Shown here: positions 1-8,227 of the stretch, in pieces
How the letters are laid out: every line of letters begins with the position of its first letter
How positions within the stretch are numbered: position 1 is the first letter of the stretch
DNA from: Candidatus Rokuibacteriota bacterium
GTDB taxonomy: Bacteria; Methylomirabilota; Methylomirabilia; Rokubacteriales; CSP1-6
DNA: 64,000 bases
Assembly: GCA_003220475.1 (NCBI GenBank)
Contig: QHSO01000001.1
Span: 4,346 to 68,345 of the forward strand
Direction: 5' to 3'
Program-made: the position numbers and the translations under genes
The notes under the pieces: generated by a model
Database searches by the model: none
Told to the model about the DNA's origin: nothing
What the model saw: only the letters and a program-made list of their open reading frames with translations

Positions 1-450
1 CCGAAGCGAGTCGGTGAGCGCGAGCATCTCGGGAAACTTTCCGAGCCAGAAGTACACGTAGTACAGCCGCTGCAGCACCATCGCGTCGCGCGGCCAGCGC
101 GTCAGGTGCTCGCGCATCAGCGTCTGGGCCGGCGCGACCTGTCCCGAGGTCCACGCCGTCAGCGCGGCCACGTGCGATCGCTCGCGCTCGGTCTGGCCCG
201 CCACCGCCGCGCGCGCCGCCTCCGTCGTCGCCTTGGTCTCCGGAAATCGCTCTTCGAGGAAGAGACAGACGGCGGCGCCGGCGTGCGCGAGCGCCAGCCC
301 GGGATCGCGCTCGATCGCCGCGCGGAAGAGCGCCAGCGCATCGGCCTGCCACGCCTGCAGCGCGCGGACGGCGCGGTCGTAAAGAGCGAGCGCCTCGGGA
401 TCGGCGGTCGAGACAGGCAGGCCGTACGCGTCGGTCGGCATGCGGGTCAT
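1..450 (-). CDS. TPR-like hypothetical protein, N-terminal part (gene continues beyond window start)
   Basis: Minus-strand frame is open from ATG near 448-450 down to position 1, with GC3-rich codons. Ala/Leu-rich helical repeats (ALALYDRAVRALQAWQADALALFRAAIERDPGLALAHAG) look like TPR. Absent from the ORF track because there is no stop inside the window. Confidence 0.4.
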   Translation of the reverse strand, partial: MTRMPTDAYGLPVSTADPEALALYDRAVRALQAWQADALALFRAAIERDPGLALAHAGAAVCLFLEERFPETKATTEAARAAVAGQTERERSHVAALTAWTSGQVAPAQTLMREHLTRWPRDAMVLQRLYYVYFWLGKFPEMLALTDSLR

Positions 451-495
451 GCTAGCAGAGGCGCTCCTCGATCACCGATCGACAGGAACTGGATC

Positions 496-1503
496 TCATG
501 TCGGGGGCCCCGAAATGGCCCCCAAATCCCCAACGCTCGGCAGCGCCCTGGCGGAGCCATGGCGCTCCTCGAAGACGGCCGACAGAAACTCGGCGGCACG
601 ATGCTCGGCCCAGGCGCGCGGCCGCCAGGGCGGTCCGTCCCAGAACCCCACGTGGCCGCCGTGCGCGGTGAACTCGGCCACGATGCTGGGCGAGAGCTCC
701 GAGGGGCTGGGCAGCGCGGCGGGCGGCACGAACGGATCGTCGAGTGCGCTGATCAGCAGCGTGGGCCGCCGCACGCGCGCGAGGTAGGGACGGCACGAGG
801 CGCGGCGCCAGTAATCGCGCTCGTCGGCGAAGCCGTGCAGCGGCGCGGTCACGGCGCGATCGTAGGCGGCGAACGTCCGCGCACGCATGACGGCCGCGAC
901 GTCCACGAACTCGGGAAACGCGCGGGCCTTGTCGCGAACCTTCTCCTTGAACGAGCGCATGAAGGACGCGGTGTACGTCAGCTTCGCGATGCCACGGTCG
1001 AGCACGCGCGTGCAGCGCTCGAGGTCGTACGGCGTCGAGATGCCGACGGCGGCCGCGAGCTGCATCGGCGCGGCATCGCCGTGCTCACCGAGCCACTTGA
1101 GGAGCACGTTGCCGCCGAGCGAGACGCCGACGGCCCCGATGCGCACCAGCGGATCGCGCTCGATGAGCAGCCGAACGACCAGATCGAGATCGTCGGTATC
1201 GCCCGAATGATAGAAGCGCGGCAACCGGTTGGGCTCGCCGCTGCACGATCGGAAGTTCAGCGCGACAGCGCCCCAGCCGGCCGTGCGCGCCAGGCGCAAG
1301 AGGCCGCGCACGTAGTGCGAGTGGCACGAGCCCTCGAGGCCGTGCAGCACCAGCAGCAGCGGCGCTCCGGGCGCCACCGGCCCGTCGTGCCAGTCGAGGT
1401 CGACGAAGTCACCGTCGGGCGTGACGACCCGCTCGCGCCGGGACGGCGGCGCGTCCCGGCGCGTGAACGGGCCCCACACCGTCTGCGCGTGGCGGTTGCG
1501 CAA
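496..1503 (-). CDS. alpha/beta hydrolase, YheT/abhydrolase-1 type
   Basis: C-terminal 335 aa of track ORF 496..2259. Has the HGLEGS and GVSLGGN nucleophile elbow, DDPF, and an N-terminus RNRHAQTVW similar to E. coli YheT NCHLQTM. The only in-frame start after the upstream gene stop (1524) is TTG at 1501-1503. Confidence 0.65.
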   Translation of the reverse strand: MRNRHAQTVWGPFTRRDAPPSRRERVVTPDGDFVDLDWHDGPVAPGAPLLLVLHGLEGSCHSHYVRGLLRLARTAGWGAVALNFRSCSGEPNRLPRFYHSGDTDDLDLVVRLLIERDPLVRIGAVGVSLGGNVLLKWLGEHGDAAPMQLAAAVGISTPYDLERCTRVLDRGIAKLTYTASFMRSFKEKVRDKARAFPEFVDVAAVMRARTFAAYDRAVTAPLHGFADERDYWRRASCRPYLARVRRPTLLISALDDPFVPPAALPSPSELSPSIVAEFTAHGGHVGFWDGPPWRPRAWAEHRAAEFLSAVFEERHGSARALPSVGDLGAISGPPT

Positions 1504-1523
1504 CCACCACGCGGGGCGGAACG

Positions 1524-2057
1524 CTATTCCTGCCCGTTCAGCAGCAGCTTCACGATTGCCGGCACGATCTCGCGTGCGCGTCGGTCGAGCTCCGCATCGC
1601 TGAGATTGGCGATCGGATGCGGCATCGCCAGGAACTTGTAGGAGGTGAGCCCCCACTGCTCGGCCATCGCCCTGCCCGTCTTCTCGAACACGTCGGTCAC
1701 GATCGAGGCCGAGGGGATGCCGTGATGCTCCAGCAGAATTCCGTCGAGCACACTGCCCGACGAGCAGGACCCTCAGTCGCCGATCCCGGCGACCATGACG
1801 TCTGCGGATGTCTTGATCGCCGCGATGATCTCCTCGTGCGCCGGCACGCTGGCGTTGTGCTTGCGGTACATCGTCCATTCCGCGATGCCGTGCTCGGCCT
1901 TGAGGATCTGACCGATCCGCTCGAGCAGCTTGTCGGAGTTGAACTTCGTGTTCTCGATCAGCGCCACCCGCTTGCCCGCGAGCGAGCCCGGCCGCGGCGA
2001 GTACTCGATCGGCCGCGGCGACGCGGGCGTGGTGGGATCCAGGATCTCGATGCTCAT
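1524..2057 (-). CDS. UGSC-motif selenoprotein (Sec encoded by in-frame TGA at 1773-1775), function unknown
   Basis: Track ORFs 1773..2120 and 1524..1751 are in the same frame, separated only by TGA 1773-1775 plus 7 sense codons (GSCSSGS). Joined product reads ...VMVAGIGD-U-GSCSSGSVLDGILLEHHGIPS... and aligns along its length with the N-terminal domain of the 6653..8227 product. Start ATG 2055-2057 (M22 of track ORF) overlaps the partner gene stop 2054-2056. AGGAG sits 8 nt upstream. Confidence 0.75.
1743..1761 (-). promoter_or_regulatory. SECIS-like hairpin 12 nt downstream of UGA (GUCGGGCA-GUG-UGCUCGAC)
   Basis: mRNA reads UGA GGGUCCUGCUC then an 8-bp stem-loop starting GUCG and ending CGAC, with G-U in the apical loop. 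Same spacing and stem ends as the element at 7925..7943. Confidence 0.5.
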
Positions 2058-3034
2058 CGCTTGATCTCCTTCGTAATGGCTGCGGAGGACTTCGCGCTCG
2101 ACCAGCCCGGGATGAAGCACGAGAACGCGCCGGCGCGGCCGCCGGCGGCCACGACGAGGATGTCGTCGGGCGCGGCCACGAGCGGGCGCATCCTGCTCTC
2201 GTCACCCGCCTCCGGCGCGCCCGCCATGCGCTGCGTCCGCTTGAGGTGCGCGTGCGCATTCTGCGTGTGCTCCCAGACGAACTGCCGGATCCGCTTCTTG
2301 TCCCAACCGTCGGCGGCGATCGTCTTCATGTGCTCGCCCGCGAGCACGAGACAGTAGTGCGGCTGCCCCATCACGTTGCCGGAGATGCGCATGCTGTCCG
2401 CCAGCGTGATGAGGACACCCTCGGCCGTGCTCGAGAGCTGGTTGTAGAACTGGTGCGGGCCTTCCGCCGCCATCACGGTGACCGTCGACTGCTCGGGCCG
2501 AAAGCCGCGCTCGACGTGCAGCGGCGTCCACGGGCTCTCCGCCTCGTTCTCGGCGATCACGTACGAGAGCTTGCCGGGATGGCCGACGGTGCCGCGGTCG
2601 AGCAGGCCGGGCATCGAGCCGCACACGTTGCGCATGACCAGGCGCACCGCGCGCCCGATCGTGAGATTCGCGCGCCAGCCGGGACCGAAGAGGTTGTCGC
2701 CCGCGTTGATGTCGAGCTCACGCGCGATCGGTCCGTTGACGATCATCAGCACGGCCGCGCCGGCGGTCGACGTGCCCGGGCCGTGATAACTCCAGCCCTC
2801 GTCGCCGATCCCCTCGACTGCGGCCACCACGACCGGCATGTACTCCGGCTTGCAGCCCGCCATCACCGCGTTGATCGCGACTTTCTCGGCCGTGACCGTC
2901 ACGAACCGATCGCGGATATAGGCGAGCTTGGCATCCGGCGCGAGCCGGACCGCGTCCAGCATGGCGCGCACCGCCGACTCGGTGGGCGGGACGACCGGCA
3001 GTCCGTCGCTCCAGCCTCCCTGGTGCCTGCCCAA
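2054..3034 (-). CDS. conserved hypothetical protein, partner domain of the UGSC selenoprotein (DUF-like)
   Basis: 326 aa. About 55-60% identical to the C-terminal 325 aa of the 6653..8227 product (GWSDGLPVVPPTE, NGPIAxxLxxxxGxNxxGxGxRANxxIGRAxRLV, GHPGKxxYxxAENEAxSPWxPLHVERGF). Stop TGA overlaps the UGSC gene ATG (ATGA). Confidence 0.75.
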   Translation of the reverse strand: MGRHQGGWSDGLPVVPPTESAVRAMLDAVRLAPDAKLAYIRDRFVTVTAEKVAINAVMAGCKPEYMPVVVAAVEGIGDEGWSYHGPGTSTAGAAVLMIVNGPIARELDINAGDNLFGPGWRANLTIGRAVRLVMRNVCGSMPGLLDRGTVGHPGKLSYVIAENEAESPWTPLHVERGFRPEQSTVTVMAAEGPHQFYNQLSSTAEGVLITLADSMRISGNVMGQPHYCLVLAGEHMKTIAADGWDKKRIRQFVWEHTQNAHAHLKRTQRMAGAPEAGDESRMRPLVAAPDDILVVAAGGRAGAFSCFIPGWSSAKSSAAITKEIKR

Positions 3035-3160
3035 ACAGGCGACGCCACGCTACCACCCGCCGCCGCGTCGCCGCAACCGCGCGCCTTGACCGGTGCGGCG
3101 CAGGTGTCGCATACTGCGCGGACTCTCGAACTCAGCCGCCACTGAAGAACGGAGACGCGA

Positions 3161-6100
3161 GTGCGGTGTGCCCGGTGCCAGCACGACAACGCGCCCGGGG
3201 CCAAATTCTGCATGGAGTGTGGCGCGCGCCTGGGCTCGATCGCCGACGCGCCCCGAACCGAGTCGCCTGAGGCCTACACCCCCGCGCACCTCGCCAGCAA
3301 GATCCTGAGCGCGCGCGAAACGCTGGCCGGGGAGCGCAAGCAGGTCACCGTGCTGTTCGCAGATCTCAAGGGCTCGCTCGAGCTTCTCGCCGACCGCGAT
3401 CCCGAGGACGCGCGCGCCCTGCTCGACGCGGTGCTGGAGCGGATGATGGAGGCGGTGCACCGGTACGAGGGCACGGTCAACCAGGTCATGGGCGACGGCA
3501 TCATGGCCCTCTTCGGCGCGCCGGTCGCCCGCGAGGACCACGCGGTGCGCGCGTGCTACGCGGCGCTGCGCATGCACCGCGCCATCGCCCACGACGCGGA
3601 CGACGTGCGTCGGCGGCTCGGCGTCGACGTGCAGATCCGCGTCGGCCTGAACTCGGGCGAGGTGGTCGTCCGCTCGATCGGCAGCGATCTCCGAATGGAC
3701 TACAGCGCCGTCGGCCAGACGACCCACCTCGCGGCGCGGATGGAGCAGCTCACGCGTCCCGGCACCACGCTGATCACCGCGGCCACGCACCGCCTCGCGG
3801 CGCGCTTCATCGACGCCGCGCCGCAGGGGCCGATGCCGGTGAAGGGCCTGCGCGATCCCGTCGAGGTGTGGGAGCTCAAGCGGGCGACGCCGGTCACGTC
3901 GAGCCTCGGCGCCGTCGCCGGACGTGCGCAGACGGCGATGCTCGGCCGCGCCGCGGAGATGGCGACGCTGGCCCGGCTGCTGGCGCGCGCCCGCGAGGGC
4001 CGCGGGCAGCTCGTCACGCTGGTGGGCGAGCCGGGCGTCGGCAAGTCGCGTCTCGTCTGGGAACTCTCGCGCGGGGCCGCTGCCGACGGCTGGCAGATGC
4101 ACGAGGCGGCGTGCGTCTCCTACGGCATGCTCACGCCCTATCTGCCCCTCCGAAATCTGCTGACGAGGTACTTCGACGTCGAGGACGGCGACGACGCGCG
4201 GCGCATCCGCGAAAAGGTGGCGACGCGGATGGTGGCGCTCGACACACGACTCGCCGGCGGCGTCTCGGCGATCCTGGCGCTCGGCAACGTCCCCAACGAC
4301 GACGCCGAGTGGGACGCGCTCGCGCCCACCATGCGACGCCAGCGGATCCTCAAGGCCGTGCGCGAGCTGCTGCTGGCCGAAAGCCGTCGCGCGCCGTTGC
4401 TCCTCGTGGTCGAGAGTCTGGAGTGGGCGGACTCGGAGACGCACGCGCTCGTCGAAGATCTCGCCGCAGGGCTCGCCGAGGCGCGCATGCTCGTGGTCGT
4501 GACGGCGCGGCCCGAGCGCCGGCGCGACTGGTCGAGCACCGGTGACACGACGGAGATCCGGCTCGATCCGCTGGGCGCGGCCAGCGCCGCGGCGCTGGCC
4601 GACGCGATCCTCGGGCCCGCCGACGAGCTGGCGGCGCTCAAGCGACGGCTCGTCGCGCACACCGCGGGCAACGCGTTTTTCATGGAGGAGATCGTGCAGG
4701 CACTCGTCGAGACGCACGCGCTCGCCGGTGAGCGCGGGCAGTATCGCCTCGGCAGACTCGTGGAGGGCCTGCAGATCCCCGATCGCGTGCAGGCCGTGCT
4801 GGCCGCGCGCATCGACCGACTGTCTGGCGAGAGCAAGGCGGTCTTGCAGGCCGGCGCGGCCATCGGCGTCGATGTGCCGGTGGCGCTGTTGCAGGCGGTG
4901 GCCAACGCCTCGTCCGAGGAGGTGCTGCACGCGCTCGCGGAGCTCGAGGCCGCCGACTTCGTGCGGCCGAGCGCGCTGGTGCCCGATCTCGCCTACTCGT
5001 TCAAGCACGCGATCACCCAGGAGGTCGCCTACGCCACGCTGCTGAAAGAGCAGCGCCGCGCGCTGCACGCGCGCATCGTCGCGGCGCTCGAGGCCAGCTA
5101 TCCCGGCGAGCGCCGCGCCGAGCACGTCGAGCGGCTCGCCTACCATGCGCTGCGGGCGGAGGCCTGGCCCACCGCCGTCGGCTATCTGCGCGACGCGGGC
5201 GAGCGCGCGGTGGCGCGCTCGGCCAATCGTGAGGCCGCCGCCTTCTACGAGGACGCGCTGCGCGCGCTGGCGCATCTGCCGGAGAGCCGCGACACGTTCG
5301 CGCTCGCCATCGATCTGCGCCTCGATCTGCGCGTGCCGTTGCTGCAGCTCGGCCGGCTCGACGATCTCCACCGGCTGTCGAAAGAAGCCGAGAGCATGGC
5401 GCAGCACGTCGGCGACGAGGAGCGGCTGGCGCGCGCGTACTCGTATCTCGTGAACTACCACTATCTGCTCGGCGAGCCGGCGCGCGCCGACGAATACGGT
5501 GCACGCTGCCTCGCGATCGCCGGGCGGCGTCGCGATCCCGAGCTGGCGATGCTCGCCCGACGCTACCTCGGCCACAGTCACCACGCGCAGGGCCGGCACC
5601 GCATGGCCATCGAGGTCCTCGACGACAATCTCAGTGCGCTGGTCGCGGAGACCGCGGGCAGCATGGCGGTGGCCCGCACGACGGCCTACGTGGCGTCGGC
5701 GACCTGGCTCGCGTGGGCGCTGGCCGATCTCGGCGAGTTCGAGCGGGCCGATGCGTACCTCGACCGGGCGCGGGCGCAGTCGGATCTCGCGCGGCACCCG
5801 TACAGCCAGGCGATCGCGTGGACGCTCACCGGCGCCGTCTGGTACACGCGCGGTCAGCTCGATCGCGCGATGCCGACGCTGGCGCGCGGCCTCGAGATCT
5901 GCCGAGACGCGAACCTCACCGTGTGGCAGCCGATTCCGACCACGCTGCTCGGCGCGTGCCTGCTCGCGCTCGATCGCAAGGACGACGGTCTGGCGCTGCT
6001 CCGCGATGGCGTCCGCCGCGCCGAGTCGCTCGGCGTCATGGCCTATCTCTCACGCTGGACGCTGCAGCTCGCCGAGGGCCTGCTGGTCACCGGCGACGTC

Positions 6101-6649
6101 GCCGGCGCGCGGGTCACCGCCGATCGCGCGATGGCACTGGCCCTGACGCATGGCGAGCGCGCGCACGAGGCGATGGCGTGGCGCGTGCTCGGCGACGTCG
6201 CGGTGCGGGAACGCGAACTGGAGGCAGCGCGCCAGGCGTACGAGCAGGCGCTGCTGCTGGGCGAAGAGCTGGGGCTGCGCCCGCAGGTCGCGCGCGCCCA
6301 CTTCGACCTCGGCCGACTGGAGCGCCGTCTCGGCCATCTCGACGACGCCGAGGATCACCTCGCGCGCGCGGTCGTGCTCTTCGCCGAGATGGGCATGCGC
6401 GGCTGGCTCGAGCGGTCGCAGCCGGAGCTCAAGGCGCTCGGTCATCTGGTGATCGTGGCGCGCTCGAACATGAACCTCTTCGACTATCTGACGGAAAAGT
6501 TCGCCGGCGACCCCGACGTCAGCGTGATCCTCGATCGGCGCCAGGACGCGCCCATGCGCACGGCCGCGATGGGAACCGCCGAGCGGCGCCATCACACGAC
6601 GGACCAGGCCCTGCGCACGCGCGGACTGGCCGTCGTCGTCCCCGAGTAA
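3161..6649 (+). CDS. adenylate/guanylate cyclase (CHD) - AAA/STAND ATPase - TPR signalling protein with N-terminal double zinc ribbon
   Basis: 1162 aa. N-terminus CARCQHDNAPGAKFCMECG zinc ribbon. Class III cyclase domain (VTVLFADLKGS...GDGIMALFGAP). Walker A GEPGVGKS. Long TPR-like C-terminal region. Confidence 0.85.
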   Translation: MRCARCQHDNAPGAKFCMECGARLGSIADAPRTESPEAYTPAHLASKILSARETLAGERKQVTVLFADLKGSLELLADRDPEDARALLDAVLERMMEAVHRYEGTVNQVMGDGIMALFGAPVAREDHAVRACYAALRMHRAIAHDADDVRRRLGVDVQIRVGLNSGEVVVRSIGSDLRMDYSAVGQTTHLAARMEQLTRPGTTLITAATHRLAARFIDAAPQGPMPVKGLRDPVEVWELKRATPVTSSLGAVAGRAQTAMLGRAAEMATLARLLARAREGRGQLVTLVGEPGVGKSRLVWELSRGAAADGWQMHEAACVSYGMLTPYLPLRNLLTRYFDVEDGDDARRIREKVATRMVALDTRLAGGVSAILALGNVPNDDAEWDALAPTMRRQRILKAVRELLLAESRRAPLLLVVESLEWADSETHALVEDLAAGLAEARMLVVVTARPERRRDWSSTGDTTEIRLDPLGAASAAALADAILGPADELAALKRRLVAHTAGNAFFMEEIVQALVETHALAGERGQYRLGRLVEGLQIPDRVQAVLAARIDRLSGESKAVLQAGAAIGVDVPVALLQAVANASSEEVLHALAELEAADFVRPSALVPDLAYSFKHAITQEVAYATLLKEQRRALHARIVAALEASYPGERRAEHVERLAYHALRAEAWPTAVGYLRDAGERAVARSANREAAAFYEDALRALAHLPESRDTFALAIDLRLDLRVPLLQLGRLDDLHRLSKEAESMAQHVGDEERLARAYSYLVNYHYLLGEPARADEYGARCLAIAGRRRDPELAMLARRYLGHSHHAQGRHRMAIEVLDDNLSALVAETAGSMAVARTTAYVASATWLAWALADLGEFERADAYLDRARAQSDLARHPYSQAIAWTLTGAVWYTRGQLDRAMPTLARGLEICRDANLTVWQPIPTTLLGACLLALDRKDDGLALLRDGVRRAESLGVMAYLSRWTLQLAEGLLVTGDVAGARVTADRAMALALTHGERAHEAMAWRVLGDVAVRERELEAARQAYEQALLLGEELGLRPQVARAHFDLGRLERRLGHLDDAEDHLARAVVLFAEMGMRGWLERSQPELKALGHLVIVARSNMNLFDYLTEKFAGDPDVSVILDRRQDAPMRTAAMGTAERRHHTTDQALRTRGLAVVVPE

Positions 6650-6652
6650 CGC

Positions 6653-8227
6653 TCAGGCCTCGATCCGCTCCGTCACCGAGCGCGTGGCGCCGAACGTCGG
6701 CACGATGGCCGAGTGCTTGCCCGGACCGCCCGCGACGATCACCATCACGTCCTCGGGCTTCGACGCGAACGGCAGCAGCGTGTCGGGGCCCGCGTTCTCG
6801 AACCGCTCGGGATGCGTGAGCTTGAAGCGCGCGATGTTGTCCGCCGAGAACTTCGCCATCGGCACGCGCGCGGCGTCCCAGAAGCGGCTCTGGAAGTCCT
6901 GCTTCGACCAGCCCGACGAGGCGAGCGTCTGCGCGTGCTCGGGGCCGAGGATCACGAGCGGATCGCCAGCCAGATAGATGTTGTTGCTGCCGGTGGTCGC
7001 CGCCGTGCCGGCGAGCGCGGCCATCAGCGTCTCGCCCGTCGTCGAGCCGTGGTCGTTGACGTTGTGGGGAGGCTCGGAGCCGCACACGGTCACCGTGCTG
7101 TCCTCGCGCGCGAAGCCGCGCTCCACGTGCAGCGGCTCCCACGGCGACTGCGCCTCGTTCTCGGCCAGGCAGTACGTGAACTTCCCCGGATGCCCGAGCG
7201 TCGCGCGGTCCTCTCGGCCCGGGCGCGCGCCGCCGACGTTCTGCAGCACCAGTCGCAGCGCGCGGCCGATGACCGCGTTGGCGCGATGGCCGTTGCCGAG
7301 CGCGTTCGGTCCGCCCGCCACGCCGAGCCGCGCCGCGATGGGACCGTTGACGATGACGAGCGGCGAGCACGGATGCGTCGTGCACTGGATCGCGTTGAGG
7401 TTGAACTGCGGCGTGGCCACGGCGCGCACGGCGGCGATGATCACCGGCAGGTGCTCGGGGCCCGCGCCCGCCAGCGCGGCGTTGACGGCGATCGCGTGCA
7501 GCGTCGCGCGACCGTCGAGCGGCATGAGCGTCGAGGCCAGTTCCTCGCCTGCGCGACGGCCGAGGATCTTCGCCACCCGCGCTTCGGTCGGCGGCAGCAC
7601 GGGCAGCCCGTCCGACCACTCCTGCTCCATCGCCCACAGCTGGAACGCGTCGAGATCCTCCGGCGCCTCCACGAGGGTCGGACGGGCCGCCGCCGTGGTC
7701 GCGGGCGGGGTGGGATCCGACGTCAGGCCGCGCAGAACCTCATCGAGGATCGCGTCGGCTTTCGCGCGCGCCGTGTCGGTGGGGATGCCGCCGAGCGGAT
7801 GCGGCACGAGCGCCACCGGCATGTGCGGCAGTCCATGTTTCGCGGACGTCGCCCTCGCGAGCGAGAGAAACGCGTCGGTGCCGAGCACGACGGACGGGAC
7901 GCCCCGCCCTTCCAGCTGCGCCGCGTCGTGGATACTCCACGACGTGCAGGACCCTCAGTCGGCGCTCCCGGTCAGCACGACGTCAGCACCCTTCGCGATG
8001 TCGTCGAGGATCTCGGCCGGCCGCGCCGCACTGGGCTTGCTCCAGCCGCGCACGCCCGCCGCGCCCGTGCGCGCGGCGAGCAGCTCGGCGACCCGATGCA
8101 GGAGCGCGCCGGCGTTCGGCTTGGAATTGTCGAGGACGCCGATGGTGAGACCGGCCAGGCTCGGCTTGCGCGGCGCGAGCCGCCCGATCTTCGCCTGGCC
8201 GCCTGAGAACGGGCTCCAGAGTTTCAT
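6653..8227 (-). CDS. fused UGSC-motif selenoprotein + partner domain (Sec encoded by in-frame TGA at 7955-7957)
   Basis: Track ORF 6653..7888 and the last 90 codons of ORF 7955..9592 share a frame, interrupted only by TGA 7955-7957. Product reads MKLWSPF...VVLTGSAD-U-GSCTSWS...EWSDGLPVLPPTE... About 524 aa. ATG 8225-8227 overlaps the MFS gene stop 8224-8226 (ATGA). Confidence 0.75.
7925..7943 (-). promoter_or_regulatory. SECIS-like hairpin 12 nt downstream of UGA (GUCGUGG-AGUAU-CCACGAC)
   Basis: mRNA reads UGA GGGUCCUGCAC followed by a perfect 7-bp stem with a 5-nt loop containing GU. The core GCAGGACCCTCAGTCG is identical to that at 1764-1779. Confidence 0.5.

Noticed and set aside
106-1641. 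511-aa plus-strand ORF, and similar very long ORFs elsewhere (3050..5797-, 20853..23609-, 37353..40289-, 40941..43862-, 16436..17644-, 13867..14601-, 25933..28302+ N-terminal part)
   Set aside because: These are stop-free antisense or off-frame ORFs, which arise readily in 70% GC DNA. Their translations are Arg/Ala/Gly-rich and low-complexity. Each lies opposite or offset from a gene with clear homology.
1773-1775. Interpreting the in-frame TGAs (1773, 7955, 33705) as pseudogene disruptions, frameshifts or sequencing errors
   Set aside because: All three are single in-frame codons with intact conserved protein sequence on both sides. They sit exactly at redox-motif Cys positions (UGSC, UxxC). 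Each is followed by a hairpin at SECIS distance. The two UGSC sites have identical nucleotide context.
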